The notes under the pieces: generated by a model
Seen by the model: the letters and a program-made list of their open reading frames with translations, nothing else
Told to the model about the DNA's origin: nothing
Databases searched by the model: none
Made by a program: the position numbers and the translations under genes
Shown: piece after piece, positions 19,909-29,474 of the stretch
Layout of the letters: each line of letters begins with the position of its first letter
Position numbering within the stretch: the stretch's first letter is position 1
Source: a virus
Virus record (IMG/VR): IMGVR_UViG_3300005663_000028
Location: 115,554 to 179,553 of that record
Strand: one strand, 5' to 3'
Length of the DNA: 64,000 nt

Positions 19909-20125
19909 GCTGAAATTCCAATCTCATTTCTTTGGAATTAAAAATGGCCTGCATATAAGATTCCGGAGAACCGTCTCCCCATTGAAGTCTCGCTTGAGTA
20001 GAAATCTCTCTGAAAGAAAAACATATTTTGGATTCTAATCCGCAACACTTACCGTCTTGTCCAATATTCTGTGCCTCTGCACAGATATGTGGTCGATCCG
20101 GATTTTGTTCACACTCATAACACAT
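19889..20125 (-). CDS. Small Cys-containing hypothetical protein
   Basis: Start moved to ATG 20125; the track's longer start overlaps promoter copy 2. Confidence 0.55.
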   Translation of the reverse strand: MCYECEQNPDRPHICAEAQNIGQDGKCCGLESKICFSFREISTQARLQWGDGSPESYMQAIFNSKEMRLEFQRDFPNN

Positions 20126-20148
20126 TGTTTCTTTTCCTTTTTTCTTGC

Positions 20149-20210
20149 GATAACGGGTATTTCCCGTTATCTTATTGTACACCTAACTCGATTTTTTGTC
20201 CCAAAAATGT
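20149..20210 (-). promoter_or_regulatory. Conserved phage promoter copy 2 with palindromic operator
   Basis: Minus strand GGGACA-17nt-TACAAT-AAG, then GATAACGGG-N5-CCCGTTATC (20149-20171). Confidence 0.65.
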
Positions 20211-20232
20211 AAGGAAAACCATGGTTTTTTTC

Positions 20233-22050
20233 TTACACTCTAGGATATTTTGATTCAACCCCCTCGGTTCCATCTTCCAGCTTGACTATTTCCAGTCCAT
20301 GTGCAAAAAGCGGTGCTTTATCTTGTAGGATACGGCAGATTTTGACGGCAAGCTTTCTTATCTCAAGGTCGGCGGCCGGATTTGCCCGTAATTCAATCAA
20401 GTGACGAATTGCTCTTGCATTCATTGTGACAACTATTTTGGTTTCTGTGGCATTCGGCAATACAGATCGTGCAGCTTGACGAGCCTTTTTCCTCCGTTCT
20501 AGTCCACTCTCTATATCACTATACATATCCGATAGTTTAGTTGTCAATTCTTCATAGACTTGTCGAGACCTTTCGCAGTGTTCAATCCACGATCGATAAG
20601 CTTCTGGATCAATCTTTTCCAATTCTTGCATAGCAGGAGGAACTATAAAGGACACATCAGAAGAATCAACATACCGTTGACTAATTTGAGAATACGAAGC
20701 AATTCTGTGACGAACTAACTCGTGTGTTAAGCTGCGGGAAACATTCCATATTAAGAAATTGAAACTGGCATGCTCAATACAAGAATTTCCACACCATACC
20801 GGTTTACCATTTCTTCTGACATAAAGTGTATGATTTGGAACTTCTACGCAATAAACATTCCCTTCCCAGGAATCAATCCAGGATGTTTTTCCTACGCAGT
20901 CAACATATTTGTTCACTTCAGGCTTAAGTTCTTTTCTTATGACAGATAAACGTATAAGTGTTTTATTCCCGAATGAATTTTTTCTTTGTGTTCCTTCGTA
21001 TTCGTGGCAGATGTTGGCAGCCAATCCTATGTGTAGACATAATTGTTGAAACTGGTTTGCCAATTTCCTACTCGTAGTGTCAAAGGATATTTGGTGTGAT
21101 CCCCGCGATCCATCAGCTTCTATCAAGCCTTCATACAAAGCAGTTAATTGATCAATGGAACTTTTCACAAATAAATATTGTGGAATTTGCTTGTTTCTAT
21201 CCTCGGTATACATATCTCTAAACACACGAACTTCTGCATCAGTAGACAAGGTTACAGCAAAGTTTCCGTCTTGACCCTCCCTAATTGGTAAATTCAGTGA
21301 CTCACACAATCCTTTTAGAAAAGAAATTTTTCTCTCCTTGTATAGATGAAACTTTACTTGCCTGCTGTTTGGTTGACTACTTCCGTCTCCAATGGCAAAT
21401 CCCAACAATTTATAATGATTACAACTCATATCATCTGTTTGGTGTCTGATTTTCCAATCCGCAGTTTTAATATATGCGTGTGAGGAATCATTTAGTTCAT
21501 CCGCCCTAATTAGGTCAAAATTTTCTCTTTTTCTGCCTTGTTTAGTGGTGGTTTTGCATACCAACATACTGTGATTAGGAGTCACTAATAAGTCTACACC
21601 CTTACCCTCCACTCGATACATCTTACCTTTATGTAAGTATGTCGTAAAGTTAGATGCTGGTTGATATTCCAGTTTGCCATCTACACTTCTCGTAGCAAAC
21701 AAATCTTTGTCACAAATATCTCTAAAGTATTTCCACCCATCAGATGTAAGAACTTCTGTCTCTTCATCATAACAGCCATGTCCTATCTCAATGAGATGCT
21801 TAATATGATCTTCGTGAGACCTTCCCTTGGGTTCCTCTCCCTGTTTGGGCCAACTTAAGTAGCATAATCTCCCCGCTGCTTCCACTAGCCATTCCGCATC
21901 GTCATCACCAAGAGATATCATAGACTCTAGCTTCTTTTCGAATTCAGGCCAAGCGAGGCCATGGTCTTGTAAGAATTCTGTTATTCCATCAATTTCTATA
22001 ACTGGTTTTCCCACCAGTACGACTTTCGGTTCAGTTACAAAATTACTCAT
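20233..22050 (-). CDS. thyX: Flavin-dependent thymidylate synthase with intein
   Basis: GRLCY, GHG|SCIEH, SRSLTHELVRHR..SYSQ.SQRY, ARSVLPN. Confidence 0.92.
   Translation of the reverse strand: MSNFVTEPKVVLVGKPVIEIDGITEFLQDHGLAWPEFEKKLESMISLGDDDAEWLVEAAGRLCYLSWPKQGEEPKGRSHEDHIKHLIEIGHGCYDEETEVLTSDGWKYFRDICDKDLFATRSVDGKLEYQPASNFTTYLHKGKMYRVEGKGVDLLVTPNHSMLVCKTTTKQGRKRENFDLIRADELNDSSHAYIKTADWKIRHQTDDMSCNHYKLLGFAIGDGSSQPNSRQVKFHLYKERKISFLKGLCESLNLPIREGQDGNFAVTLSTDAEVRVFRDMYTEDRNKQIPQYLFVKSSIDQLTALYEGLIEADGSRGSHQISFDTTSRKLANQFQQLCLHIGLAANICHEYEGTQRKNSFGNKTLIRLSVIRKELKPEVNKYVDCVGKTSWIDSWEGNVYCVEVPNHTLYVRRNGKPVWCGNSCIEHASFNFLIWNVSRSLTHELVRHRIASYSQISQRYVDSSDVSFIVPPAMQELEKIDPEAYRSWIEHCERSRQVYEELTTKLSDMYSDIESGLERRKKARQAARSVLPNATETKIVVTMNARAIRHLIELRANPAADLEIRKLAVKICRILQDKAPLFAHGLEIVKLEDGTEGVESKYPRV
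20785..21774 (-). mobile_element. Intein with LAGLIDADG endonuclease (330 aa) in thyX
   Basis: Begins CYDEETEVLT, ends YCVEVPNHTLYVRRNGKPVWCGN before Ser; LLGFAIGDG and LYEGLIEADG motifs. Confidence 0.92.
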
Positions 22051-22319
22051 CAGATTTTTCCCTCGTTTTCAACAATAAGGTCCAATTCTTTAGCCCGATT
22101 CCCACACTCTATCAATTTACGTCCAATCATAATAGCTTCATCCCCTGTAAAATCCATAGGGAAAAATCCTTTGGGCCAATAATTTCCCATTTTCTCTAAA
22201 TCAAGCTCCACGTTAACACATACATCTGGTCCTTCTCCCCATGTACAAGATATACTTACCTCATCCCCCGTTTTCAAAACATATTCCGATACCGGACCTT
22301 TATCGTGGTGCATCTTCAT
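22050..22319 (-). CDS. Hypothetical protein
   Basis: Coupled ORF. Confidence 0.55.
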   Translation of the reverse strand: MKMHHDKGPVSEYVLKTGDEVSISCTWGEGPDVCVNVELDLEKMGNYWPKGFFPMDFTGDEAIMIGRKLIECGNRAKELDLIVENEGKI

Positions 22320-22356
22320 TACCCTTTCTTATTTCACAAACTTCCAACAATTCCCA

Positions 22357-22686
22357 CTAACGACAAGTTTCACCCCATCTATACTCTTCTAGTTCATTAA
22401 CATTCCCTATATAACAAAGCGCTCTTAAAGCATCTAAATTATTCCCATTGTAAATTGGATTTATCGTCGAATATAAGTCGAATCTCCAACAACCATCCCA
22501 TATTCCTTTAATTACACCATCTTTGTGACAAAAGACACAGGTTCTCTCATATGAAGTTTTACCCATTGGGTGCCAAATATGTCCAAATGGCCAAGTCCAA
22601 AAACATTGCTTGTGAGATAGAAAACCGTTTCTGTTTATTAATTTGTCAATTTTCCTGGTTATTGCAGCCCTAAGTTTTGTTCTCAT
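22357..22686 (-). CDS. Hypothetical protein
   Basis: Coupled ORF. Confidence 0.5.
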   Translation of the reverse strand: MRTKLRAAITRKIDKLINRNGFLSHKQCFWTWPFGHIWHPMGKTSYERTCVFCHKDGVIKGIWDGCWRFDLYSTINPIYNGNNLDALRALCYIGNVNELEEYRWGETCR

Positions 22687-23096
22687 TTTCTCTTTCTCTT
22701 ATCAACAGCCTTTTGCAATGCTTTAATCATCGGTTTTACATCCCAACTCCACATGAATTGGTCGAATGGCGATTCCGGATCCAAGCATTCAGCGTCAATT
22801 TCAGTCAATGGACATTTACCACAATCGCCGCTACGACGGGGATCATGAGTTTTACACAACGCACATGTAGAATCATCAATTCTTAGATAAGCAATATCAC
22901 GATCACAATCATCTTCATCGTCAGTAACATCCGATTTATTCATCACATTTCCATCGTATAGTACTACATCGTGTTTCTTTAGGTTTGCGGGTTTAAGGCC
23001 AAGCCATTTCTTAAGTGAGTGTCTAAGAGCGTATCTTTTAGACACTTTATCTGCCGGTGTTCGATAAAACTCTTTTTTCCATGTTGCCAAACTCAT
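22683..23096 (-). CDS. Hypothetical protein
   Basis: Coupled ORF; CALC...CGKCP. Confidence 0.55.
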   Translation of the reverse strand: MSLATWKKEFYRTPADKVSKRYALRHSLKKWLGLKPANLKKHDVVLYDGNVMNKSDVTDDEDDCDRDIAYLRIDDSTCALCKTHDPRRSGDCGKCPLTEIDAECLDPESPFDQFMWSWDVKPMIKALQKAVDKRKRK

Positions 23097-23356
23097 TGTT
23101 TTCTCCTTAAATCATAAAGCATTTTACACTTCTCTTCTTCGACTTTATTCAAGTTAATATCGAAATAATCTGCTAACCATTGTTCAATTCTAGAATGAAT
23201 GGGCCAGTATTCTTCGTTTTCCCTATTGCATATGAACAAATGTTTTTCATCTTGTAGCCATTCCAAAAATCCACCTATCGTCTGCGACTGATCTCTTACT
23301 GCCGCCATTTTTTCGCATTCCAGATATCTTTTTGGTTTATCCTGTTGATTTTTCAT
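23093..23356 (-). CDS. Hypothetical protein
   Basis: SD-preceded ORF. Confidence 0.55.
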   Translation of the reverse strand: MKNQQDKPKRYLECEKMAAVRDQSQTIGGFLEWLQDEKHLFICNRENEEYWPIHSRIEQWLADYFDINLNKVEEEKCKMLYDLRRKQ

Positions 23357-23399
23357 TTCTTTTCATCCAAAAAGATATCAGATTGTATTGTTGGCGGTT

Positions 23400-23777
23400 T
23401 CATATTTTCTTTCCTTTATGCGAATATGCGAAACTAATACAAAACGAATCCACATTGGGAATAAACGGCAAAGCGAATATTTCTTTAGTTTTCTGATGTA
23501 AAATAACTTCTGACATCAAATGATCAATGAGTTGCCCCCGCTCTGTTGCTGTTTTTGTGTATTCAACGTTTAAAGAAATATGAGTAATTTGTCCATTTCC
23601 ATCAAACTCTTCTTGAAGAAAGAGTAGTTGTTTACGTCTACCTTTCTGAGTTTTTGCAAATTCCAAACAATAGATTTTAAAAGAATAATCATCTCCATAA
23701 TCTACTTCATAAGTTTCAACAACTTCACTACCTTGGATTTGAATTTTATTTGATTCCAGAAAGCTTTTCGTCAACAC
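23400..23777 (-). CDS. Hypothetical protein
   Basis: Coupled to brxL. Confidence 0.5.
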   Translation of the reverse strand: MLTKSFLESNKIQIQGSEVVETYEVDYGDDYSFKIYCLEFAKTQKGRRKQLLFLQEEFDGNGQITHISLNVEYTKTATERGQLIDHLMSEVILHQKTKEIFALPFIPNVDSFCISFAYSHKGKKI

Positions 23778-25240
23778 TTGACTTCTCCTTTTGTTATTTT
23801 GTACGGAAGCGTAACGCCCTTAAATTCGTTCGGTGAAATTATTGCTAACTGTTCCACCACACGACTCCTAAGACTAACAGCAATATCTAAAACAATTTTC
23901 AATTCACTCGACTCAACAGTATCAGAAGTTCTATGGGGAAATATCAGCTTCAACAACCCCGATCCAATCCGGACCAAAGACCTTTGATTCCGTTGAGACA
24001 TATCCCCAAAATCGACGTTACCCATTATAAGCGGAGCGTAGTTTCTATCTCTCATATGATGCATAATTTCACTGATATAATCGGCCATAAACCCTTCACC
24101 CTTAGCGAGCTTTGATTCACGAATCTGTGGGATGCGCCAACCTGGAATATACCCGTGTATTCTATCAAGGAAGGCTCTGTCTTGATTGATTACTTGGGGG
24201 AATGGGGAGAACAAACTGCGATATCTTACAGAGACTTCTCTTTTGTTGCGATCACAATCAATGTTGCCAGCAAACATAATGGAGCAACCGGAAGTAAATT
24301 CCGCTGTACCACGACCAAATCGCCCCGAATTCATAAAGTCCTTCAACATATCTATCAAGTCGCCTTGCCCAGACCACTTATTGGCCCCTCGACTACTAGC
24401 AAACTCATCGAACATAACTACATCTCGGTATCCAATGAGACCCAACTGTCGTCTCAGTTTGTCATAAAACAAGGATGCTACAGTAGTTTGACCACCAGAA
24501 ATAACAAAACTATAAGAACTGAGTGATTGATATGCAAATGTCTTTCCAGTCTCTGGTGGTCCCAGTTCTACAAGATTGACGTTGGGTTCAATAAACGGGA
24601 CCAATCTTGCTATGTATAACCACTTCTCCTCTTCAGAAAGATGATCCGGATCAAACCCAATGCTGGTAATCATCAAGTCCAACCATTCTTGGTCTGTAAG
24701 TTTAGCTCTACGTTCTATCCAAGTATCGACGTTGATTCCAGTAATTTGAATTGGCTTGAACTCGGTCAGTAAAAACGGATACAATTTGTTTCTCATCACA
24801 AACGAATCATCATAAATGATTTTGAAAACCCCCCAAGCCCCTGTCGTCAAGAGAGTCTCCCCGAATTCTGCGATAAGATAGGGGTCTATCCTTACGTATT
24901 GGTTCCCCAAAGCTGTGACATCACACCAATATTCATCTTTCGATTCATCATATCGACATCTGATTCGGCCAATGAGGGTGTATTCACCCTTCTCACGAAT
25001 TTGACTTTTCACCCAATCCTTCTGATCAGCTTCCATAAAATGCGAATCGAGAAGCTTACCAATTCTTTCCAACCCAGGAGTCGGATCGGTGGGGTCTACC
25101 ATTTCTGCAACAAGGAAATCTGCTACAAAACTTGGTAATTTTCTCCATTGTTCATTCAAGATTGTCAGACTTTTGTTTACAATTATTCCGCGATCTGGGA
25201 AAACAGTAGTTATTTTTGATCTTGTCTCAGTTTCGATCAT
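23771..25240 (-). CDS. brxL: BrxL-like AAA+ ATPase lacking C-terminal Lon protease domain
   Basis: EWLDLMITSIG, LARLVPFIEPNVNLVELGPPETGKT, DVVMFDE, DRAFLDRIHGYIPGW, SQRNQR; 489 aa. Confidence 0.8.
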   Translation of the reverse strand: MIETETRSKITTVFPDRGIIVNKSLTILNEQWRKLPSFVADFLVAEMVDPTDPTPGLERIGKLLDSHFMEADQKDWVKSQIREKGEYTLIGRIRCRYDESKDEYWCDVTALGNQYVRIDPYLIAEFGETLLTTGAWGVFKIIYDDSFVMRNKLYPFLLTEFKPIQITGINVDTWIERRAKLTDQEWLDLMITSIGFDPDHLSEEEKWLYIARLVPFIEPNVNLVELGPPETGKTFAYQSLSSYSFVISGGQTTVASLFYDKLRRQLGLIGYRDVVMFDEFASSRGANKWSGQGDLIDMLKDFMNSGRFGRGTAEFTSGCSIMFAGNIDCDRNKREVSVRYRSLFSPFPQVINQDRAFLDRIHGYIPGWRIPQIRESKLAKGEGFMADYISEIMHHMRDRNYAPLIMGNVDFGDMSQRNQRSLVRIGSGLLKLIFPHRTSDTVESSELKIVLDIAVSLRSRVVEQLAIISPNEFKGVTLPYKITKGEVKC

Positions 25241-25888
25241 TTATTTTCTCCGCTTCTTATGTTTTCTCACTGGTGTCATTAAGGCTTTTTCTATTGACCA
25301 ACCATGATTTAATCTCCAGTAAATAGTATTGACATGAATTCCAATTTCTTCAGCCCATGCTGTAATGCATTGTGTTTTCCCAAAACAAGTAATTAAATGA
25401 TTTGTCCGTGTATTTCTTGCCTGTTCTTTTCTGGTAGCCCAGCGACAATTAGATTTACAATATCCTTTATCATTATTAATTCTGTCAATCTGAAGCCCCT
25501 TTGGGGCTTCACCCATATCTTTGAGAAAATTTTCAAATTTTCTCCATCGCTTGCAAACTGTAATTCCACGACCACCATAATAGAGATAATTACCATTACT
25601 GGGATTGGTACATCGTTGAATTATGGCAGCCCATATCATATAAGTTTTAGATGATTGACCATTCTTGTTATGACCATGAATTGTATTTTTCATGCTAGTC
25701 ATTTTCTTTTGTAGACAACCACAACTTTGTGTGTGGCCACTCTTTAGATAATCACCGCGAATAATTTTTTCTTGTCCACAATCACATCGACACAACCATT
25801 CATGATTTCCATATTTATCTTTTTTAAGATGTCTTAATACCAAAAGTTTACCAAATTTTTGTCCAACCAAATTTATTAATTTTGACAC
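25241..25888 (-). CDS. HNH homing endonuclease (paralog 2)
   Basis: Same motif set as 10685-11335; 95 bp identical to it. Confidence 0.85.
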   Translation of the reverse strand: MSKLINLVGQKFGKLLVLRHLKKDKYGNHEWLCRCDCGQEKIIRGDYLKSGHTQSCGCLQKKMTSMKNTIHGHNKNGQSSKTYMIWAAIIQRCTNPSNGNYLYYGGRGITVCKRWRKFENFLKDMGEAPKGLQIDRINNDKGYCKSNCRWATRKEQARNTRTNHLITCFGKTQCITAWAEEIGIHVNTIYWRLNHGWSIEKALMTPVRKHKKRRK

Positions 25889-26148
25889 AATATTTCACTA
25901 CCTTCTAAGAGGGACAATGCATCTGATCGTTGTACCAAAAACTCTTCCCCAACAAACTCGGGAGTAGCTGTATTTGACATCCTTGTGGCCGCTACTGGAT
26001 TCCTTAGACACATCAGGTGTATCGCCCCCACCAATCCCTCAGACTCTTTAGAATAGCTCCAAGAGCCGTCTGTGGAATACTCGACTTGGTTTCCGTAAAA
26101 TATTTCTTCTCCAGGTTGAATTTTTCCATTACAAATTAAACATTCCAT
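25876..26148 (-). CDS. Hypothetical protein
   Basis: CLIC...HLMC. Confidence 0.5.
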   Translation of the reverse strand: MECLICNGKIQPGEEIFYGNQVEYSTDGSWSYSKESEGLVGAIHLMCLRNPVAATRMSNTATPEFVGEEFLVQRSDALSLLEGSEILCQN

Positions 26149-26535
26149 TATCCCGTAATCTCCGTGCGCACCGCCTAAGATAAATTAAATCATGAGTTAA
26201 GTCTAATTCAATGGAATCTTCGTTTTGACTCATGATATCATTGTTGCGTTGAAATTAACATTTGCTTCGATCTTTCTATAAGATAATAAATCACAGAGAT
26301 ATTCAGCTAGACAGAGAATATATGTGGTTGTTTCACTGGTAATCCCTTCTAAGTTATTTGCGCCATAATTCTAATACTTATTTCAATTAAAATGGTTCAT
26401 TTATGAGAGAGAATACGAGCAAAGTAAAGTAACTGAATTACTATTAGTATAGAGAGGGAGTTTTTGCAAAAATGTTCCAACAAAATCAGAAAAAAATGAA
26501 GAAAATCTTTTCTCTACAGTTACCACTTTATTCCT

Positions 26536-27042
26536 TTAAGTGTCAAATTTTTTCCTTAGTTGTTTCAGAGCACTTTTGTTAGTCAGACTTTCGTCAGGAT
26601 TCATGCGGTCAATTATCAACTTTCCATCTAGGTGGTCGATTTCGTGTTGCCAAATTCTAGTTGTGACACTATCTCCAATTGTCCGAATCGGGAGTCCATT
26701 AAGTCCTTCACCTTCTAAAATTGAAGAGGTGGCTCTTTGTATTGTTACAGAAACTCCAGGCAAAGAAAGACATGCCTCGATTGCTTCGCTTTGTCCACTA
26801 AGATAAAGTAACACTGGATTCCAAACAACTTGATTCGTATAATTTTGCTTCCAAACAAACATACGGATATTAAGTCCGACTTGGGGTGCTGCAAGTCCGC
26901 AACCTATTCTATTCGTCATTATTTTCCACATCTCTGTTGCTAATGGGAGTCGTTCCTTCAGAACTGTTTCTCTATTTATTCCATTAACAGCATCATTACA
27001 TATCTTATAGAGTATTGGATCAGGATAATATACTAGTTGCAT
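26536..27042 (-). CDS. def: Peptide deformylase
   Basis: GCGLAAPQVG, EACLS, HEIDH. Confidence 0.92.
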   Translation of the reverse strand: MQLVYYPDPILYKICNDAVNGINRETVLKERLPLATEMWKIMTNRIGCGLAAPQVGLNIRMFVWKQNYTNQVVWNPVLLYLSGQSEAIEACLSLPGVSVTIQRATSSILEGEGLNGLPIRTIGDSVTTRIWQHEIDHLDGKLIIDRMNPDESLTNKSALKQLRKKFDT

Positions 27043-27269
27043 TGAGCCATCCTTAACATATGATCAGTAACCCAAAGAGATGCATTTCTATACCTACACA
27101 CCCACTTACCAAACTCTTCATCTAACATTTCTGTGTCTGGCAATCCCAATTCTATTGGAGAATCAAACCAGAGGAGTCTACAAATATCTGGAATTTCCCC
27201 GTGACAGACTTCGAGTACGAAGTCATTGCTCCGGCACCTTATTACTGTCGGCATTAATTTACTCATCAA
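27033..27269 (-). CDS. Hypothetical protein
   Basis: Coupled ORF. Confidence 0.45.
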   Translation of the reverse strand: MMSKLMPTVIRCRSNDFVLEVCHGEIPDICRLLWFDSPIELGLPDTEMLDEEFGKWVCRYRNASLWVTDHMLRMAQCN

Positions 27270-27504
27270 TTGTCCTTTCCTCTATAAATAATTTCCTTTT
27301 CCAATTCTTGAAGTCGTTATCTACGTCAGCCTTGGGATTACTATGTGTTTGTTTACATGTTGGGCACTTAATACATTCTTCTTCTATTGGTCCTATTTCG
27401 TTTTCTGCCTTTTGTTTTGTGGAGAATACACCTCTGACCCTACTACTCCCTACTGGTTTGTTGCCACACAATTGATCACTTTGCATTACTAGATAGACTT
27501 TCAT
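27259..27504 (-). CDS. Hypothetical protein
   Basis: Coupled ORF. Confidence 0.5.
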   Translation of the reverse strand: MKVYLVMQSDQLCGNKPVGSSRVRGVFSTKQKAENEIGPIEEECIKCPTCKQTHSNPKADVDNDFKNWKRKLFIEERTIDE

Positions 27505-28046
27505 TTGATTTTCCTTTTGAGTATTTTTTCTAGTCTTTTTATTCCCTTATTATTTGTCTTTTTCTCAGGGTACGCAAAGCTTTTGTGAACAATACGTCCT
27601 TCTACAAAAATGCCGTAATGTAGTGAGTCTATTATATCTACGGTAAATTTAGGCAAACCTTCAGGAAAGAAGGCATCCTTAAACTTTTGGACCTCTTCTT
27701 GGTTTTCGTAACCTTCTAATAGTAATTCAAGATAAAAACCTTCCTTTGTCTGAAGCTCTGAACAACTCATATTTTTACCTTCTACAACGATCTCCCCAGT
27801 ACAAGGTTCTCCCCATCCTTGATCTAGATTATTTTGATTCCACTCAGCTAGTTCTTCTGTATCGAACAATCTTGGATATGCCGACCCATCACCACAATCC
27901 TCTATAGAATAATAAATAATCAACTTCTCCACCTTCATAATACTCTCCTTGTAACACACACATACTAAACTAGCCTGACTGACGGAATTCTTTTGCAGTA
28001 CTTTCCTTGTATAGTTCCGGAAAATCATCGCCATCGATTCGAACAT
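27501..28046 (-). CDS. Hypothetical protein (true start probably MKVEKL, about 27941)
   Basis: Tiled ORF. Confidence 0.5.
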   Translation of the reverse strand: MFESMAMIFRNYTRKVLQKNSVSQASLVCVCYKESIMKVEKLIIYYSIEDCGDGSAYPRLFDTEELAEWNQNNLDQGWGEPCTGEIVVEGKNMSCSELQTKEGFYLELLLEGYENQEEVQKFKDAFFPEGLPKFTVDIIDSLHYGIFVEGRIVHKSFAYPEKKTNNKGIKRLEKILKRKIK

Positions 28047-28227
28047 ATATAGGGAATTTTATTGATCTTTGTAGACGTTCTGCTCGTTTGATTGCCTTAT
28101 CCTTTGTCTCTGTTTTCTTCCAACATCTCCTAAGAGATACAAATATTTCGTTATGGATTAATAAATTAACAGAAGCTGTTTTATCTGGCCATACATTTAT
28201 CTCTATTCGATTTGCATGCGATTTCAT
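27970..28227 (-). CDS. Hypothetical protein
   Basis: SD-preceded ORF. Confidence 0.5.
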   Translation of the reverse strand: MKSHANRIEINVWPDKTASVNLLIHNEIFVSLRRCWKKTETKDKAIKRAERLQRSIKFPIYVRIDGDDFPELYKESTAKEFRQSG

Positions 28228-28241
28228 ATTAACTTCCTTTC

Positions 28242-28427
28242 TTAAGGCTTAAAAGTTTTTCCGATAGAGGGATGTCTCATTATTTCAAATTCAATTGTAT
28301 TTCTTAGGTCGGCCTCAAGTGTATCCAGAAATTCCTTTGAAACGCGACTCATCGGCCTCCCCGCCCGCATTTCCTCAAATCTAACCAAAATGAACTTCTT
28401 GACTGCCGCTCTATTTAGTAGACTCAT
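28242..28427 (-). CDS. Putative histone-fold protein (alpha3-truncated)
   Basis: MSLLNRAAVKKFI...SRVSKEFLDTLEADLRNTIEFEIMRHPSIGKTFKP: RVS loop, long alpha2 and GKT.K loop align by eye with archaeal HMf; TAATG-coupled start at 28427. Confidence 0.55.
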   Translation of the reverse strand: MSLLNRAAVKKFILVRFEEMRAGRPMSRVSKEFLDTLEADLRNTIEFEIMRHPSIGKTFKP

Positions 28428-28633
28428 TACCTTCCCCCACACTGAGTTTCCCGCTCCTGAGTTTCCTCTCTTTGGTAATATTCTTCTTTGTCTCGCTGAG
28501 AAACTGTCTCCCCCAAAGCCTCTTCTATCTCACCTATGAAGTGAGCACATTCGGCACCTAGGAATCCTTGTCCATCTATGGAACAATTACCTTCGGTGTC
28601 TATGTCGATGACTATTTTCTTTTCACCTCTCAT
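28427..28633 (-). CDS. DUF2997-family protein
   Basis: IVIDIDTEG...GQGFLGAEC...IEEALG...KEEYY. Confidence 0.75.
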   Translation of the reverse strand: MRGEKKIVIDIDTEGNCSIDGQGFLGAECAHFIGEIEEALGETVSQRDKEEYYQREETQERETQCGGR

Positions 28634-28646
28634 ATTATTCCTCCGT

Positions 28647-29183
28647 TTAGTACTTCAGTCCTTCGAAGTAAAGGAATCGCTCGTATTCCCCCTTACACCC
28701 ATCTTGTTTAGCTAATTCGTCGCTCGCATCACAGAGTTCTTTAATATCTTGCTTGAATTTAGCTAATTCGATCTGCAATTGGTCGGACGTAAAAACACCC
28801 TTTTTCTTTCTTGCTCCAATCCATGTTTTTTTACTTATTTCTACATCTACGTCCAAAGCAGATATCCACTTAGCTTCGACCCTGATGCCACACTCTTCCC
28901 AAATTCGAACGAGATACGTTCTAGGTTTGAGTAGCCGACGAAGTTCTCTTGCAGCTTCTTTTTTTGTCATGGTTTCTTTCCTAGTTGAAACTCTTGGTAT
29001 GTAAATTGTTTGTATCCCCCTCCTACCTTTTCTTCTCGTAAATGGTTTGTACCAAATTTTTTCACAACCACTTCCCCCACAAGTTGCACATATTACTGCG
29101 GTTCCTTTTGGCTCAGCACACCCAATATATAAACCAGTTCCATCACAATCCCAACATTCTGCTTCTATACTTTCCTGACTCAT
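28647..29183 (-). CDS. Hypothetical protein with DnaJ-type CxxCxGxG repeats
   Basis: CWDCDGTG...CATCGGSG; may be two genes. Confidence 0.5.
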   Translation of the reverse strand: MSQESIEAECWDCDGTGLYIGCAEPKGTAVICATCGGSGCEKIWYKPFTRRKGRRGIQTIYIPRVSTRKETMTKKEAARELRRLLKPRTYLVRIWEECGIRVEAKWISALDVDVEISKKTWIGARKKKGVFTSDQLQIELAKFKQDIKELCDASDELAKQDGCKGEYERFLYFEGLKY

Positions 29184-29237
29184 CGTTTTATTTCTCCAAT
29201 CACTAGGGACAAGGTTCAGATAAGGGCTCTAATTGTC

Positions 29238-29474
29238 TCATAATATACCCCAAGGTGTCATCCAACAATTTCTATAAGCGGCTTGACGAGCCCTTCTCCT
29301 TGCTACGACTAATGACGTACATCTTTTGATTTTACGAACATAAGCCGCTTGTTCTTTCATGTAAGGCAAGTGCCAATCTATCCATTGTTTGTAATTGAGT
29401 TGTCCCAGGCCGAATAAGCATACACCTTCTTCGCAATGACTACTACCATCAAAGATTTTCCAGTTAATTTTCAT
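29238..29474 (-). CDS. Hypothetical protein
   Basis: Start moved to ATG 29474. Confidence 0.45.
   Translation of the reverse strand: MKINWKIFDGSSHCEEGVCLFGLGQLNYKQWIDWHLPYMKEQAAYVRKIKRCTSLVVARRRARQAAYRNCWMTPWGIL

Noticed and set aside
26149-26535. Replication origin in an AT-rich gap
   Set aside because: No iterons or DnaA boxes recognised, and part of the gap is filled by two coupled ORFs of about 35 codons.
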